This document shows, piece by piece, positions 52,278 through 61,328 of a stretch of 64,000 nt of DNA. The DNA lies in the NCBI GenBank assembly GCA_039028615.1, contig JBCCHT010000011.1, forward strand, positions 64,001-128,000, written 5' to 3'. Position numbers and translations under genes: made by a program. The DNA is from Myxococcota bacterium (GTDB lineage Bacteria; Myxococcota_A; Polyangia; Nannocystales; Nannocystaceae). The stretch's first letter is position 1. Every line of letters starts with the position of its first letter. A model generated the notes under the pieces. It had not been told where the DNA came from and ran no database searches. It saw nothing but the letters and a program-made list of their open reading frames with translations.

Positions 52278-53288
52278 ATGAACCGCCGCACCGCCCTCGC
52301 CTCCTCGCTCTTCGTCACCGCCCTCGCCCTCAACACGGGGTGCTGGTACAGCGGGTCGGACATCCCGGTGATCGAGGCGGGCGACCTGGAGATGGAGCCC
52401 CCGGGCAGCGATTCCTTCCGCCAGGCGGGCGACCGGGGCGAGGTCTACGACCTGGCGCTCGAGGTCTCCGACGACGTCAACACGTGGGTCACGGACATCG
52501 CGGTGGGCATGTCTCGGCTGGTGCACGAGCTGGACCAGCACCGCCCCAACCGCGAAGAGGACGGCTGGCGTATCTACGGCCCCCACGACGACGACGAGGG
52601 CAAGGACGCGTCGTGGATGGCTCGCATCACGGGCGACTCGGCGGGCGCGAGCTTCGAGGTCTACATCGGGCGACGCGGCGCGAGCGAGGACGAGATGCGC
52701 CTGTTGATCGACGGTGACGTGTCGGTCGCGGACACCGAGCGCGACGGCCACTTCTCCATCGACTTCGACACCATCGCCGCCTACGCCGACGTCATGGACG
52801 ACGTCGACCCCGACGCGGAGTTCGGCGGCTCGATCGTCGTCGAGTTCGAGCGCGACACCAACACCCGGCACAAGCGCGTCGACCTCGACTTCGACGGCTT
52901 CTTCTACGACGACGGCGAGGACGACCTCGACTTCGACGGCGAGAAGTACCTGTACTTCCGCGACGACGAGGGCGCGGGGCGCTTCCACTTCGCCGCCATC
53001 AGCTCGTTCGAGAGCGACAACTGGAGCGGACCCGAGCTGGAGCGGATGACGGTGGACATGCGCTGGGACACCGAACAGGCTGGCCGCGCCCGCGGGCAGA
53101 TCCTCGAGGTCGACGGCGTCGGCGACCTTCGGCACGGCGATCTCATGGTCAACGAGTGCTTCGACGGGAGCGGCGGCCTGGTGTGGCGCAGCCTCAACGA
53201 GCCCTACGCCGGCTATGAGCCCGACTACTCGTTCGGCGACGAGGCCGACTGCGTCTTCGACGAGAGCGCGCTGATGGTCCGGGAATAG
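52278..53288 (+). CDS. Acidic beta-rich lipoprotein
   Basis: Lipobox NTGC; D/E-rich. Confidence 0.8.
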   Translation: MNRRTALASSLFVTALALNTGCWYSGSDIPVIEAGDLEMEPPGSDSFRQAGDRGEVYDLALEVSDDVNTWVTDIAVGMSRLVHELDQHRPNREEDGWRIYGPHDDDEGKDASWMARITGDSAGASFEVYIGRRGASEDEMRLLIDGDVSVADTERDGHFSIDFDTIAAYADVMDDVDPDAEFGGSIVVEFERDTNTRHKRVDLDFDGFFYDDGEDDLDFDGEKYLYFRDDEGAGRFHFAAISSFESDNWSGPELERMTVDMRWDTEQAGRARGQILEVDGVGDLRHGDLMVNECFDGSGGLVWRSLNEPYAGYEPDYSFGDEADCVFDESALMVRE

Positions 53289-53295
53289 ACAATAG

Positions 53296-54570
53296 GTGAT
53301 ACTGGGCGGGATGCTCGATCTCCCGAACGCAGCCGAGCAACTCGAAGCCGCCCTCGCGAAACGGAGCACCGCCGACCAAGCCCGGATCCGCGCGATCCTG
53401 CACCACGTGCACGTCGATGCCCTCCACTTCCTCGAGGGCAAAGACGGCGCACGCGGGTCGAGCCGCCCGGAGTTTTCCCGGGCGCACGGGCTGCTCCACC
53501 GGGCCGAGGACCTGCTGCACAAGGTCGGCAACGCGGTGCTGGGCACCCCCGATCCCACGGGGCAGATCTACGGCACGGGGACCTACGAGTCGCTCGATCT
53601 GGGCTGGACTGAAGCGCTGGCGCTGTGGATCGAAAACGGCCACGAGCGCGCCACCTTCAGCACCAGCCCGGCCACCATCGACATCCCCGATACGGTCGAC
53701 CTTTCGATCATCGGCGACTGGGGCACGGGGGACTTCGGCACCGAGCAGTCGCCCTCGGGCAGCGCGCTCATCGGTCGGCACGTCTCGCAGTCGCTGAAGC
53801 CCGCGATCACCATCCACCTCGGCGACGTGTACTACGCGGGCACCGAGGACAACGAGCGCAGCAAGCTCGTCGACATCTTCCCGTGGGGGACCTCGTCCTC
53901 GTTCACCCTCAACTCGAACCACGAGATGTACCCGGGGGCCAAGGCGTACTTCGACGTCGCGCTCGCCGATCGTCGCTTCGCCGCCCAGAACGCCACAAGC
54001 TACTTCTGCCTGCAGAACCAGCACTGGGCCATCGTGGGGCTCGATACCGCCTACGAGGCAGACTACTGGGACATGTACCTGCAGGGGACCTTGAAGACGA
54101 GCGACGGCCGCTCGCCCCAGCTCGACTTCCTGCGCCAGGTCGCACAGAGCGGACGCCAGCTCATCATCCTCACCCATCACAACCCGCTCGAGTTGTCCGG
54201 CGCGCCCAATCCTCTGTGGGGCGAGGTGACGCAGGCGCTGGCCAACACCCCCAGCGCGAGCCGACCGGTCTACTGGTACTACGGCCATGCCCACAACGCC
54301 GCCGTGTATCTCGACGTCCCCGGTAGCGCGGGCGTGCCGACCATCCTGCCGCGGCTTTCAGGCCACGCCGCGGTGCCCTACACCGTGAGCACCGACCTCA
54401 CCGAGTCGAGGCAAATCTCCTGGCTGGAGCGGGCATATATCCACGGCGACTCGGGCCTGGTCCGCAACGGCTTCTCCACCCTCGCCCTCGACGGACCTCA
54501 GCTGACGGAGTCGATGCTCGACCAAGAGGGCAACGTGTCGTGGACCCGCACCGCCACCGCGCGCCAGTGA
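53296..54570 (+). CDS. Calcineurin-like metallophosphoesterase
   Basis: GDWG, HLGDVYY, NSNHE, THHNP, GHAH. Confidence 0.9.
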   Translation: MILGGMLDLPNAAEQLEAALAKRSTADQARIRAILHHVHVDALHFLEGKDGARGSSRPEFSRAHGLLHRAEDLLHKVGNAVLGTPDPTGQIYGTGTYESLDLGWTEALALWIENGHERATFSTSPATIDIPDTVDLSIIGDWGTGDFGTEQSPSGSALIGRHVSQSLKPAITIHLGDVYYAGTEDNERSKLVDIFPWGTSSSFTLNSNHEMYPGAKAYFDVALADRRFAAQNATSYFCLQNQHWAIVGLDTAYEADYWDMYLQGTLKTSDGRSPQLDFLRQVAQSGRQLIILTHHNPLELSGAPNPLWGEVTQALANTPSASRPVYWYYGHAHNAAVYLDVPGSAGVPTILPRLSGHAAVPYTVSTDLTESRQISWLERAYIHGDSGLVRNGFSTLALDGPQLTESMLDQEGNVSWTRTATARQ

Positions 54571-54676
54571 GGGTCCACCAGCGCGGATTCGCGCGACAAA
54601 CGCCACCATGAGATTGCCCCCTTGGCGGGGTGCGGGAACGACGGGCCCCTTGCGGGTTCACTGCTAGAGTTGCGCG

Positions 54677-55375
54677 ATGGCACTGTCCCTGCGCCCGCTC
54701 GGATCCCTCTGCGTCGCCCTGTTGCTGGGGGCGTGCTTCGACCCGGCCGGCGGCGGCACCGACGATACGACCGAGGGCTCGAGCAGCACCACGGCCTCCA
54801 ACGACGGCCCGGCCACATGCGTACCGGGGCAGCTGCAGCCCTGTGTGTGCCCCAATGGCGCGGGCAACCAGGAGTGCAATACCGAGGGCACGGCCTTTGG
54901 CGAGTGCATCTGCGTCGGCTCCGACGGCACGACGACGACTGGCCCGGCCGAGACCACGACCGGCGTGAGCGACACCACCTCCAGCGCCGACGACAGCACC
55001 AGCGACTCCGGCAGCACGGGCTCGGCCGAGGACAGCTCGGGCACCACCATGGGCCTGGAAGACACGGGGCTCGCCGAAGAATCCAGCAGCGAGGGCGGCT
55101 TCGGCCCGCTCGAGGTGGGCGAGTCGTGCAACGACGACTCCGAGTGCATGACCGGGGTATGCTGGGATTTCAGCGACTACGACCCGTTCTGCTTCGGCAC
55201 CGCGTGCTCGGTCAACTGCGCCAGCGATGTCCAGTGCGTCAACGCGATGGCGATCGCGGGCGCACCCGACCCCAGCGCGAGCAGCTGCGGCGCCGATGGG
55301 CGATGCAGCACGCTCGGCACCGGTTTCGGGGCCTACGCGTGCGCAGGACCGAGCGAGTCCACGCTCAGCGAGTAA
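54677..55375 (+). CDS. Cys-rich lipoprotein with Ser/Thr linker
   Basis: LLGAC lipobox; CVPG..CVC..C and C-terminal Cys clusters. Confidence 0.85.
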   Translation: MALSLRPLGSLCVALLLGACFDPAGGGTDDTTEGSSSTTASNDGPATCVPGQLQPCVCPNGAGNQECNTEGTAFGECICVGSDGTTTTGPAETTTGVSDTTSSADDSTSDSGSTGSAEDSSGTTMGLEDTGLAEESSSEGGFGPLEVGESCNDDSECMTGVCWDFSDYDPFCFGTACSVNCASDVQCVNAMAIAGAPDPSASSCGADGRCSTLGTGFGAYACAGPSESTLSE

Positions 55376-55378
55376 GCG

Positions 55379-56776
55379 CTACGCGACGCCGAGGCCCTCG
55401 ACGACTCGCTCGAGCCGCATGCCTCGGCTGCCCTTGATGAGCACCGCCCCCGGCTCCGCGCCGTGCAGCGCCTCGGCCAGCGCGCGGGTCAGCGCGTCGA
55501 CGTCCTCGCCGAAGTGCCGCGCCGTCACGCCCGCCTGCTGGGCCGCCGTGGCCGTGTGCTCGCTGCGAGGACCGTAGGTCAATAGCGTGTCGATCTTCAG
55601 CTCGGCGCAGCGTCGACCGACGTCGGCGTGCAGCTCGGCCTCGCGCGGCCCGAGCTCGAGCATGTCGCCCAGCACCGCGATGCGGGGACCCGGGCGACGG
55701 CCATCGAGCGAGGTCAGGGCGGTCAGTGCCACTTCGACCGAGCCGGGATTGGAGTTGTAGCAGTCGGCGATCACCAGGTGCGACCCGTGGTGCAGCACGC
55801 GACCCCGGTCACCCACGGGCTCGACCGCCTCGAGGGCCTCGATCATCGGCGCCAACGGAAGCCCCAAGTGACAGCCCACGGCCAGCGCGGCGGCGGCATT
55901 GCGGGCGTTGTGGGCTCCGAACAAGCGCAGCCGCACCGTGACCTGCTCGCCTCCCGGCACCCGCAGCGTCGCCTCGGTGCGCTCGCTCTGCTGCACGCCG
56001 AGCACCTGCACGTCGGCGGAATCATCGGGACCGAAGCGCAGCACCGTCGGCCCATCGCCGGTCGGCAGGTGAGGTCGCAGCAGAGGCTCGTCGCCGGGCA
56101 CCACCACCACGCCATCGGTACCGACGTGCGGCACGACCTCGGCCTCCGCGGCCGCGATGGCCTCGATGGTCCCCATGAACTCGAGGTGCTCCAGCGCGAT
56201 GCTGGTGATCACCGCCACGCTCGGTCGCACGATCGACGCGAGGTGGTCGTTTTCTCCGGGCGCGCTCATCCCCAGCTCGATCACCATCGCGCCCGGATCG
56301 TGCGGCGTGTCGAGCAGGGTCAGCGGCACACCCAGGTGATTGTTGAGGTTGCCGCGCGTGCACAACACCGACGGAATCGCCGAGCCGAGCACGGCGGCGA
56401 CCATCGCTCGGGTCGTCGTCTTGCCGTTGCTCCCCGTAATGGAAACGACGGGACCGTTCGTGGCATCGCGGCTGCGCGCGCCCAAGCGGGTGAGAGCAGC
56501 GAGCGTGTCGTCGACCTCGACCACCGTCGCGTCACCGCCGGGCAGCGGCCGACCGGGCGCCATCAAGACCGCTGCCGCGCCGCCTTCGATGGCGTTGGGA
56601 ATGAAGTCATGACCGTCGCGCGCGGCGACGATCGGCACGAACAATGCCCCCGCGACCGGCGTGCGACTATCGATGAACGCGCCTGCGATCTCCGTGGCAC
56701 CGGCCTGTCGCAAACGCCCCTGGGCATGCTCAGCGAGACTCTGTGGGGACCAACGCACCGCTTTGCCCCATAGCAA
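55379..56776 (-). CDS. murF: UDP-N-acetylmuramoyl-tripeptide--D-Ala-D-Ala ligase
   Basis: IDSR..G.LFV...RDGHDF, ITGSNGKTTT, GNLNNHLGVPLTL, IELGMS, DCYNSNP, LGDMLELG, IKGSRGMRLE. Confidence 0.97.
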   Translation of the reverse strand: MLWGKAVRWSPQSLAEHAQGRLRQAGATEIAGAFIDSRTPVAGALFVPIVAARDGHDFIPNAIEGGAAAVLMAPGRPLPGGDATVVEVDDTLAALTRLGARSRDATNGPVVSITGSNGKTTTRAMVAAVLGSAIPSVLCTRGNLNNHLGVPLTLLDTPHDPGAMVIELGMSAPGENDHLASIVRPSVAVITSIALEHLEFMGTIEAIAAAEAEVVPHVGTDGVVVVPGDEPLLRPHLPTGDGPTVLRFGPDDSADVQVLGVQQSERTEATLRVPGGEQVTVRLRLFGAHNARNAAAALAVGCHLGLPLAPMIEALEAVEPVGDRGRVLHHGSHLVIADCYNSNPGSVEVALTALTSLDGRRPGPRIAVLGDMLELGPREAELHADVGRRCAELKIDTLLTYGPRSEHTATAAQQAGVTARHFGEDVDALTRALAEALHGAEPGAVLIKGSRGMRLERVVEGLGVA

Positions 56777-56868
56777 CGGGCCCGAACACCTCGCAAGATT
56801 GTGGCGTTTCGACAGAACCGTTGCAGCGGGCTCCAGGTGCGACGTGCTAGGTTCGACACGACCCTTCG

Positions 56869-57378
56869 ATGACGATTCGCGACACGTTGCTGCTCGACCA
56901 AGGCTATCAGCCGCTCGAGGTCATCTCGTGGAAGCGTGCGTTGGTCATGGACCTGGTCGGCAAGGTGGAGACGGTCACGACGCACTCCTGGGTCGTGCGT
57001 ACGGTGGACCGGCAGTTCCCCGTGCCCGCGGTGGTGCGGCTGCTCCGGGCGGTGCGTCATCGTCCGCCCTTCGTTCGCTTCTGTCGGGACAACGTCTACC
57101 TCCGGGATGCGCACCGCTGTCAGTACTGCGGGCACGAGTTCCCCACGCGGGCCCTGACCCTCGACCACGTGGTGCCCCGCTGCGAAGGCGGCGAGACCTC
57201 GTGGACCAACGTCGTCACCGCCTGTGGGCCCTGCAATCGGCGCAAGGGTCGGGATCTCCCCGAAGACGCCGGCATGCCCCTGCTCAGCGTGCCCAAGCGT
57301 CCGCGCTGGCTGGCGCCCCGTGGCATGCGGCTGGGGCCCTCCCAGCTGCCCGAGCTGTGGCGCGACTGGATCCACTGA
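56869..57378 (+). CDS. HNH endonuclease (McrA/COG1403-like)
   Basis: RDAHRCQYCG...LTLDHVVPR..GG.TSWTNVVTACGPCNRRKG. Confidence 0.93.
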   Translation: MTIRDTLLLDQGYQPLEVISWKRALVMDLVGKVETVTTHSWVVRTVDRQFPVPAVVRLLRAVRHRPPFVRFCRDNVYLRDAHRCQYCGHEFPTRALTLDHVVPRCEGGETSWTNVVTACGPCNRRKGRDLPEDAGMPLLSVPKRPRWLAPRGMRLGPSQLPELWRDWIH

Positions 57379-57496
57379 GCGCGGTCTTCCCGCGGCCCTG
57401 GGAATGGGTTTCTTGCACCCACCCGCGCCCATGTGCCAATCGTAGGCGCGCGGAAATCGTGCCGCCCGTGCGGCCGACGCCCCGAAGGACGTTTAG

Positions 57497-58624
57497 GTGC
57501 TGTACACCCTGCTCTTCCCGCTCAGTGCCAAGTACCCCGCCCTGGGGTGGCTCAACGTACTTCGGTACACGTCGACCCGGATCATCGCGGCCACGCTCAC
57601 GGCTCTGCTCCTCTCGCTGGTGCTCTACCCCTGGTTCATCCGCACCTTGCAGCGGATCCAGCTGGGTCAGGTCGTCCGTAACGACGGCCCCGAGTCCCAC
57701 CTCGCCAAGCGGGGCACGCCCACCATGGGCGGCAGCCTGATCCTCTTCACGCTGATCATCCCCACCTTGCTGTGGGCCGACATGCGCAACCCCTACATCC
57801 TGGCCGTGGGACTGACCACCGCCGGGTTCGGGGTCATCGGCTTCCTCGACGACTTCCTCAAGATCCGCCAGAAGAGCTCGGGAGGCCTGCCCGGCAAGTT
57901 CAAGATGCTGGGGCAGCTGATCATCGCGACCGCCGTGTCGTACTGGCTGTTCGAGAGCTCGTCGGTGGTCCCCGAGGACATCCGCTACCGGGTGCAGGTC
58001 CCGCTGCTCAACTTCTACGACGACGACTACCGCCTCACGCTCATCCCCGGGCTGTACCTGGCGTTCTCGGTGTTCGTGATCGTGGGCGCCTCGAATGCGG
58101 TGAACCTGACCGACGGCCTCGACGGCCTCGCGATCGGTCCGGTCGTCATCTCGGCCGCCACCTTCCTCATCCTGACCTACGCGGCGGGTACCCTCATCGC
58201 GGGCTTCGACATCGCGGCGTACCTCGGCATCCCGCACCTGCCTCAGGTGGGCGAGCTGGCGATCTACTGCGGGGCGATGATCGGGGCCGGGATCGGGTTC
58301 CTCTGGTACAACACCTACCCGGCCAGCGTGTTCATGGGTGACGTGGGCTCGCTGCCGCTGGGTGCTGGCCTGGGCTTTTTGGCCGTCGCCTCGAAGAACG
58401 AGTTCACCCTGCTCATCGTGGGCGGCATCTTCGTGCTCGAGACGGTCAGCGTCATCGTGCAGGTGGTGTCGTTCAAGCTCACGGGCAAGCGCGTGTTCAA
58501 GATGGCGCCGATCCACCATCACTTCGAGCTCAAGGGCTGGGCCGAGCCGAAGGTCATCGTGCGCTTTTGGATCATCAGCATCATGCTGGCCCTGGTCGCC
58601 CTGGCCACCCTGAAGCTGCGATGA
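57497..58624 (+). CDS. mraY: Phospho-N-acetylmuramoyl-pentapeptide transferase
   Basis: KRGTPTMGG, IGFLDD, SNAVNLTDGLDGLA, VFMGDVGSL, MAPIHHHFE. Confidence 0.98.
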   Translation: MLYTLLFPLSAKYPALGWLNVLRYTSTRIIAATLTALLLSLVLYPWFIRTLQRIQLGQVVRNDGPESHLAKRGTPTMGGSLILFTLIIPTLLWADMRNPYILAVGLTTAGFGVIGFLDDFLKIRQKSSGGLPGKFKMLGQLIIATAVSYWLFESSSVVPEDIRYRVQVPLLNFYDDDYRLTLIPGLYLAFSVFVIVGASNAVNLTDGLDGLAIGPVVISAATFLILTYAAGTLIAGFDIAAYLGIPHLPQVGELAIYCGAMIGAGIGFLWYNTYPASVFMGDVGSLPLGAGLGFLAVASKNEFTLLIVGGIFVLETVSVIVQVVSFKLTGKRVFKMAPIHHHFELKGWAEPKVIVRFWIISIMLALVALATLKLR

Positions 58625-59997
58625 GCGAACCGCAGGTGCAGGCGCCCTGGCGCCACGCGTTGGTCATCGGGCTGGGTCGTAGCGGGCGCGCGGCGGCCAC
58701 GTTGCTGCATGCGCTGGGCGTGCAGGTGCGGGCCTACGACGCGCGCGAGCAGGTCCCCGATGCGCCCGAGGGCGTGCAGCTGTTCATCGGCACGCCGAGC
58801 GCCCCCGACGAGGCCTTCGAGGGCATCGACGTGCTGGTGCTGAGCCCCGGCGTGCCACCCAAAGCCTTCCGCGAGGCCGCGGCTCGGGTCGCCCCGCAGG
58901 CGGCGATCCACGGCGAGCTGAGCCTCGCGCTCGACCTCGTGCACCGCGAGGCCTACCCGCAGTGGCCGGCCGTGCCCACCGTGCTCATCACCGGGACCAA
59001 CGGCAAGAGCACGGTCACCGCCTTGTGTGGCGCGCTGCTCGAGGCGGACGGCCGACACCCCTTCATCGGCGGCAACCTGGGAATCCCGCTGTGCGAGCGC
59101 CTGCACCAGACCATGACCGAGGGCTCGCCATGGGTCGACGGCCTGGTGATCGAGTGCTCCAGCTATCAGCTCGAGACCCTGCCGCCCACGCCGACCGCGG
59201 TGGCGATGATCCTCAACCTCTCGCCCGATCACCTCGACCGCTACGATTCCTACGAGCATTACGCCCGCACCAAGGGGCGCATCTTCGCGGGGCTCGGGGA
59301 CACGGGCCTGGCCCTGCTCGATGCCGACGACGCCTGGACCGAGCGACTGCAGCCATCCGAAGCCCGGGTTCGTCGGGTGGGAGAGCCCGGGGTCGCCGTG
59401 CTCGAGGGCGAAGGCGATGCGCAGCAGCTGGTCGTCGGCGACGAGCGCTACGACCGGGCGAGCCTGCGCATCGCGGGCGGCCACAATGCTCGCAATGCCC
59501 TGTTCGCCTTGCTTGCGGCACGGGAGCTCGGGGTCTCGCCCGACGCCTGCCGCCGCGGCCTGGCGCAGTTCGGCGGGCTCCCCCACCGCATGGTGCGAGT
59601 GCGGGACCTCGACGACGTCGCCTACTACAACGATTCCAAGGCCACCAACGTCGCGAGCGCGCTGGCGGGACTGGGCGGGCTCGATCGTCCCTTCGTGCTG
59701 ATCGCGGGCGGGCTGAGCAAGGGCGACGACCTGAAGCCGCTCGGCGACCTCATCGCGGCGCGCGGCCGGGGCATGGTCGTCATCGGCACGAGCGCGGAGC
59801 AATTCGCCGCGCTCGGTCGGGGCGTCGTCGACGTCGCCCACGCCGGAGCGATGGAGGATGCGGTCGCAAAAGCGCGCGCCATGGCCAAGCCGGGCGAAGC
59901 CGTCGTGCTCGCGCCCGCGTGCGCCAGCTTCGACCAGTACAAGAGCTATGCGCAGCGCGGCGACATGTTCGTCGCCGCCGTCATGGCGCTTTCATAA
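58621..59997 (+). CDS. murD: UDP-N-acetylmuramoyl-L-Ala--D-Glu ligase
   Basis: GLGRSG, SPGVP, ITGTNGKST, ECSSYQLE, DHLDRY, NDSKATN, PACASFDQY. Confidence 0.97.
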   Translation: MSEPQVQAPWRHALVIGLGRSGRAAATLLHALGVQVRAYDAREQVPDAPEGVQLFIGTPSAPDEAFEGIDVLVLSPGVPPKAFREAAARVAPQAAIHGELSLALDLVHREAYPQWPAVPTVLITGTNGKSTVTALCGALLEADGRHPFIGGNLGIPLCERLHQTMTEGSPWVDGLVIECSSYQLETLPPTPTAVAMILNLSPDHLDRYDSYEHYARTKGRIFAGLGDTGLALLDADDAWTERLQPSEARVRRVGEPGVAVLEGEGDAQQLVVGDERYDRASLRIAGGHNARNALFALLAARELGVSPDACRRGLAQFGGLPHRMVRVRDLDDVAYYNDSKATNVASALAGLGGLDRPFVLIAGGLSKGDDLKPLGDLIAARGRGMVVIGTSAEQFAALGRGVVDVAHAGAMEDAVAKARAMAKPGEAVVLAPACASFDQYKSYAQRGDMFVAAVMALS

Positions 59998-60087
59998 CGC
60001 GCATCGAGGCCGACCGGCCGCGCGCGAAAAGGCGCCCTATGCCGGTTTAAATAGCCGAGAACAACGTAATTGGTTAGTCGTGTCGGT

Positions 60088-60540
60088 ATGCGAATCGCCC
60101 TCATGACCCTGACCGCCGCGGCCACGATGGTCGCGCCCGTCCTATCGAACACGGCGTCGGCCACCTGTTGGTTGGAGTGCCGCCCGCCCATCATTCAGCT
60201 GCCCACCGATGACCCCGACGACGACGACGGCGGCATCGATGAGCCCGGCGGCCTCGATCCGAAGACGTCCGCCTGCGACGAGCCCGGCACCGAGGCGGCT
60301 GCCATCCCGTGGCCCATCCCCTGCGACCCCGCGTATGCGTGGACCTGCTGCAGCCCCCCGGGCGGCCCGGTGTGCTGCACCCCGCCGGGTGGCGGCCCCG
60401 CGATCTGCTCGGGCGGCGGCATCGAGCCGTTGAGCAGCACGCCCGAGCTCCCCGCCGACGAGGTGCTCGAGTGCCGCGCCGACGAGGTCGAGCCCACCGT
60501 GACCCTCGCCTTCGTGCAGCTGCTGTCGCAGCTGACGTAG
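60088..60540 (+). CDS. Secreted Cys/Pro-rich protein
   Basis: Signal peptide ending ASA; CCSPPGGP-CCTPPGGGP repeat. Confidence 0.65.
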   Translation: MRIALMTLTAAATMVAPVLSNTASATCWLECRPPIIQLPTDDPDDDDGGIDEPGGLDPKTSACDEPGTEAAAIPWPIPCDPAYAWTCCSPPGGPVCCTPPGGGPAICSGGGIEPLSSTPELPADEVLECRADEVEPTVTLAFVQLLSQLT

Positions 60541-60656
60541 TGCCCTGCCCGACGGGGTCCCTACGCGGTCGAAGCTTCGACCGCGTACGGACCCCTGGCT
60601 CGCCCCGCGTGCACGATTTGCGGCGCGGGGCGTCCTTGGGCCAAGCTCCCCCCGCC

Positions 60657-61328
60657 ATGGGCAACCGCAAGAAGCGAACGGGGCGCTGTGAGCGGTGTGG
60701 GTTGCACCTGGCCCTGTGTGTCTGCGAGCGCTTCGTGCGGGTGGAGACCTCGGCCTCGCTGGTCGTGGTGCGACACATCCGCGAGCGCCACAAGCCGACC
60801 AACACCGGTCGCTGGCTCGTGGACATGGTCGAAGGCACCGCGATGACCCACTACGGGCAACGCGAGCCGCCCTTCGATCCCACCCCGCTCCAAGACCCGA
60901 ACGTCCGCTTCTTCGCGCTGTTTCCCCGCGAGGACGCGATCATGCTCGACGAAGCCGGCCTGGCGAAGCTGCGGGCGAGCCTCGACCCAGGACAGCGCAT
61001 CGGCTTCGCCCTGCTCGACGGCACCTGGCATCAGAGCTCTCGCATGAGCCGTCGTGTGCCCGTGGTGCAGGACCTGCCCTGCGTGGCTCTGCCCCCGGGC
61101 CCACCGTCGCGCTGGGGCGTGCGAACGCAGCACGACGAGCGCGGGCTCTCGACCTTCGAGGCCGGTGTGCGCCTCATCTCCGTGCTCGACGGGCCCCAGC
61201 GCGCCGCTCCGCTGCAGTCGGTCTTCCACGAGATCGCCGCGCGCATGATGTTCATGAAGGGCAAGCTGCCCAAGCCCGACGTGCCCGCCGAGTGGCACGA
61301 CGACCGCCTCCCCGGAGCCCCCGCATGA
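60657..61328 (+). CDS. tapT: DTW-domain tRNA-uridine aminocarboxypropyltransferase
   Basis: RCERCGL...CVC, H..E..KPTNTG, LFP, LLDGTW, LSTFEA. Confidence 0.88.
   Translation: MGNRKKRTGRCERCGLHLALCVCERFVRVETSASLVVVRHIRERHKPTNTGRWLVDMVEGTAMTHYGQREPPFDPTPLQDPNVRFFALFPREDAIMLDEAGLAKLRASLDPGQRIGFALLDGTWHQSSRMSRRVPVVQDLPCVALPPGPPSRWGVRTQHDERGLSTFEAGVRLISVLDGPQRAAPLQSVFHEIAARMMFMKGKLPKPDVPAEWHDDRLPGAPA

Noticed and set aside
56869..57378. HNH gene as an intron- or intein-borne homing endonuclease, or a Cas9/IscB fragment
   Set aside because: It is a free-standing 169-aa gene, the flanking genes are uninterrupted, and there are no RuvC motifs or associated repeats.
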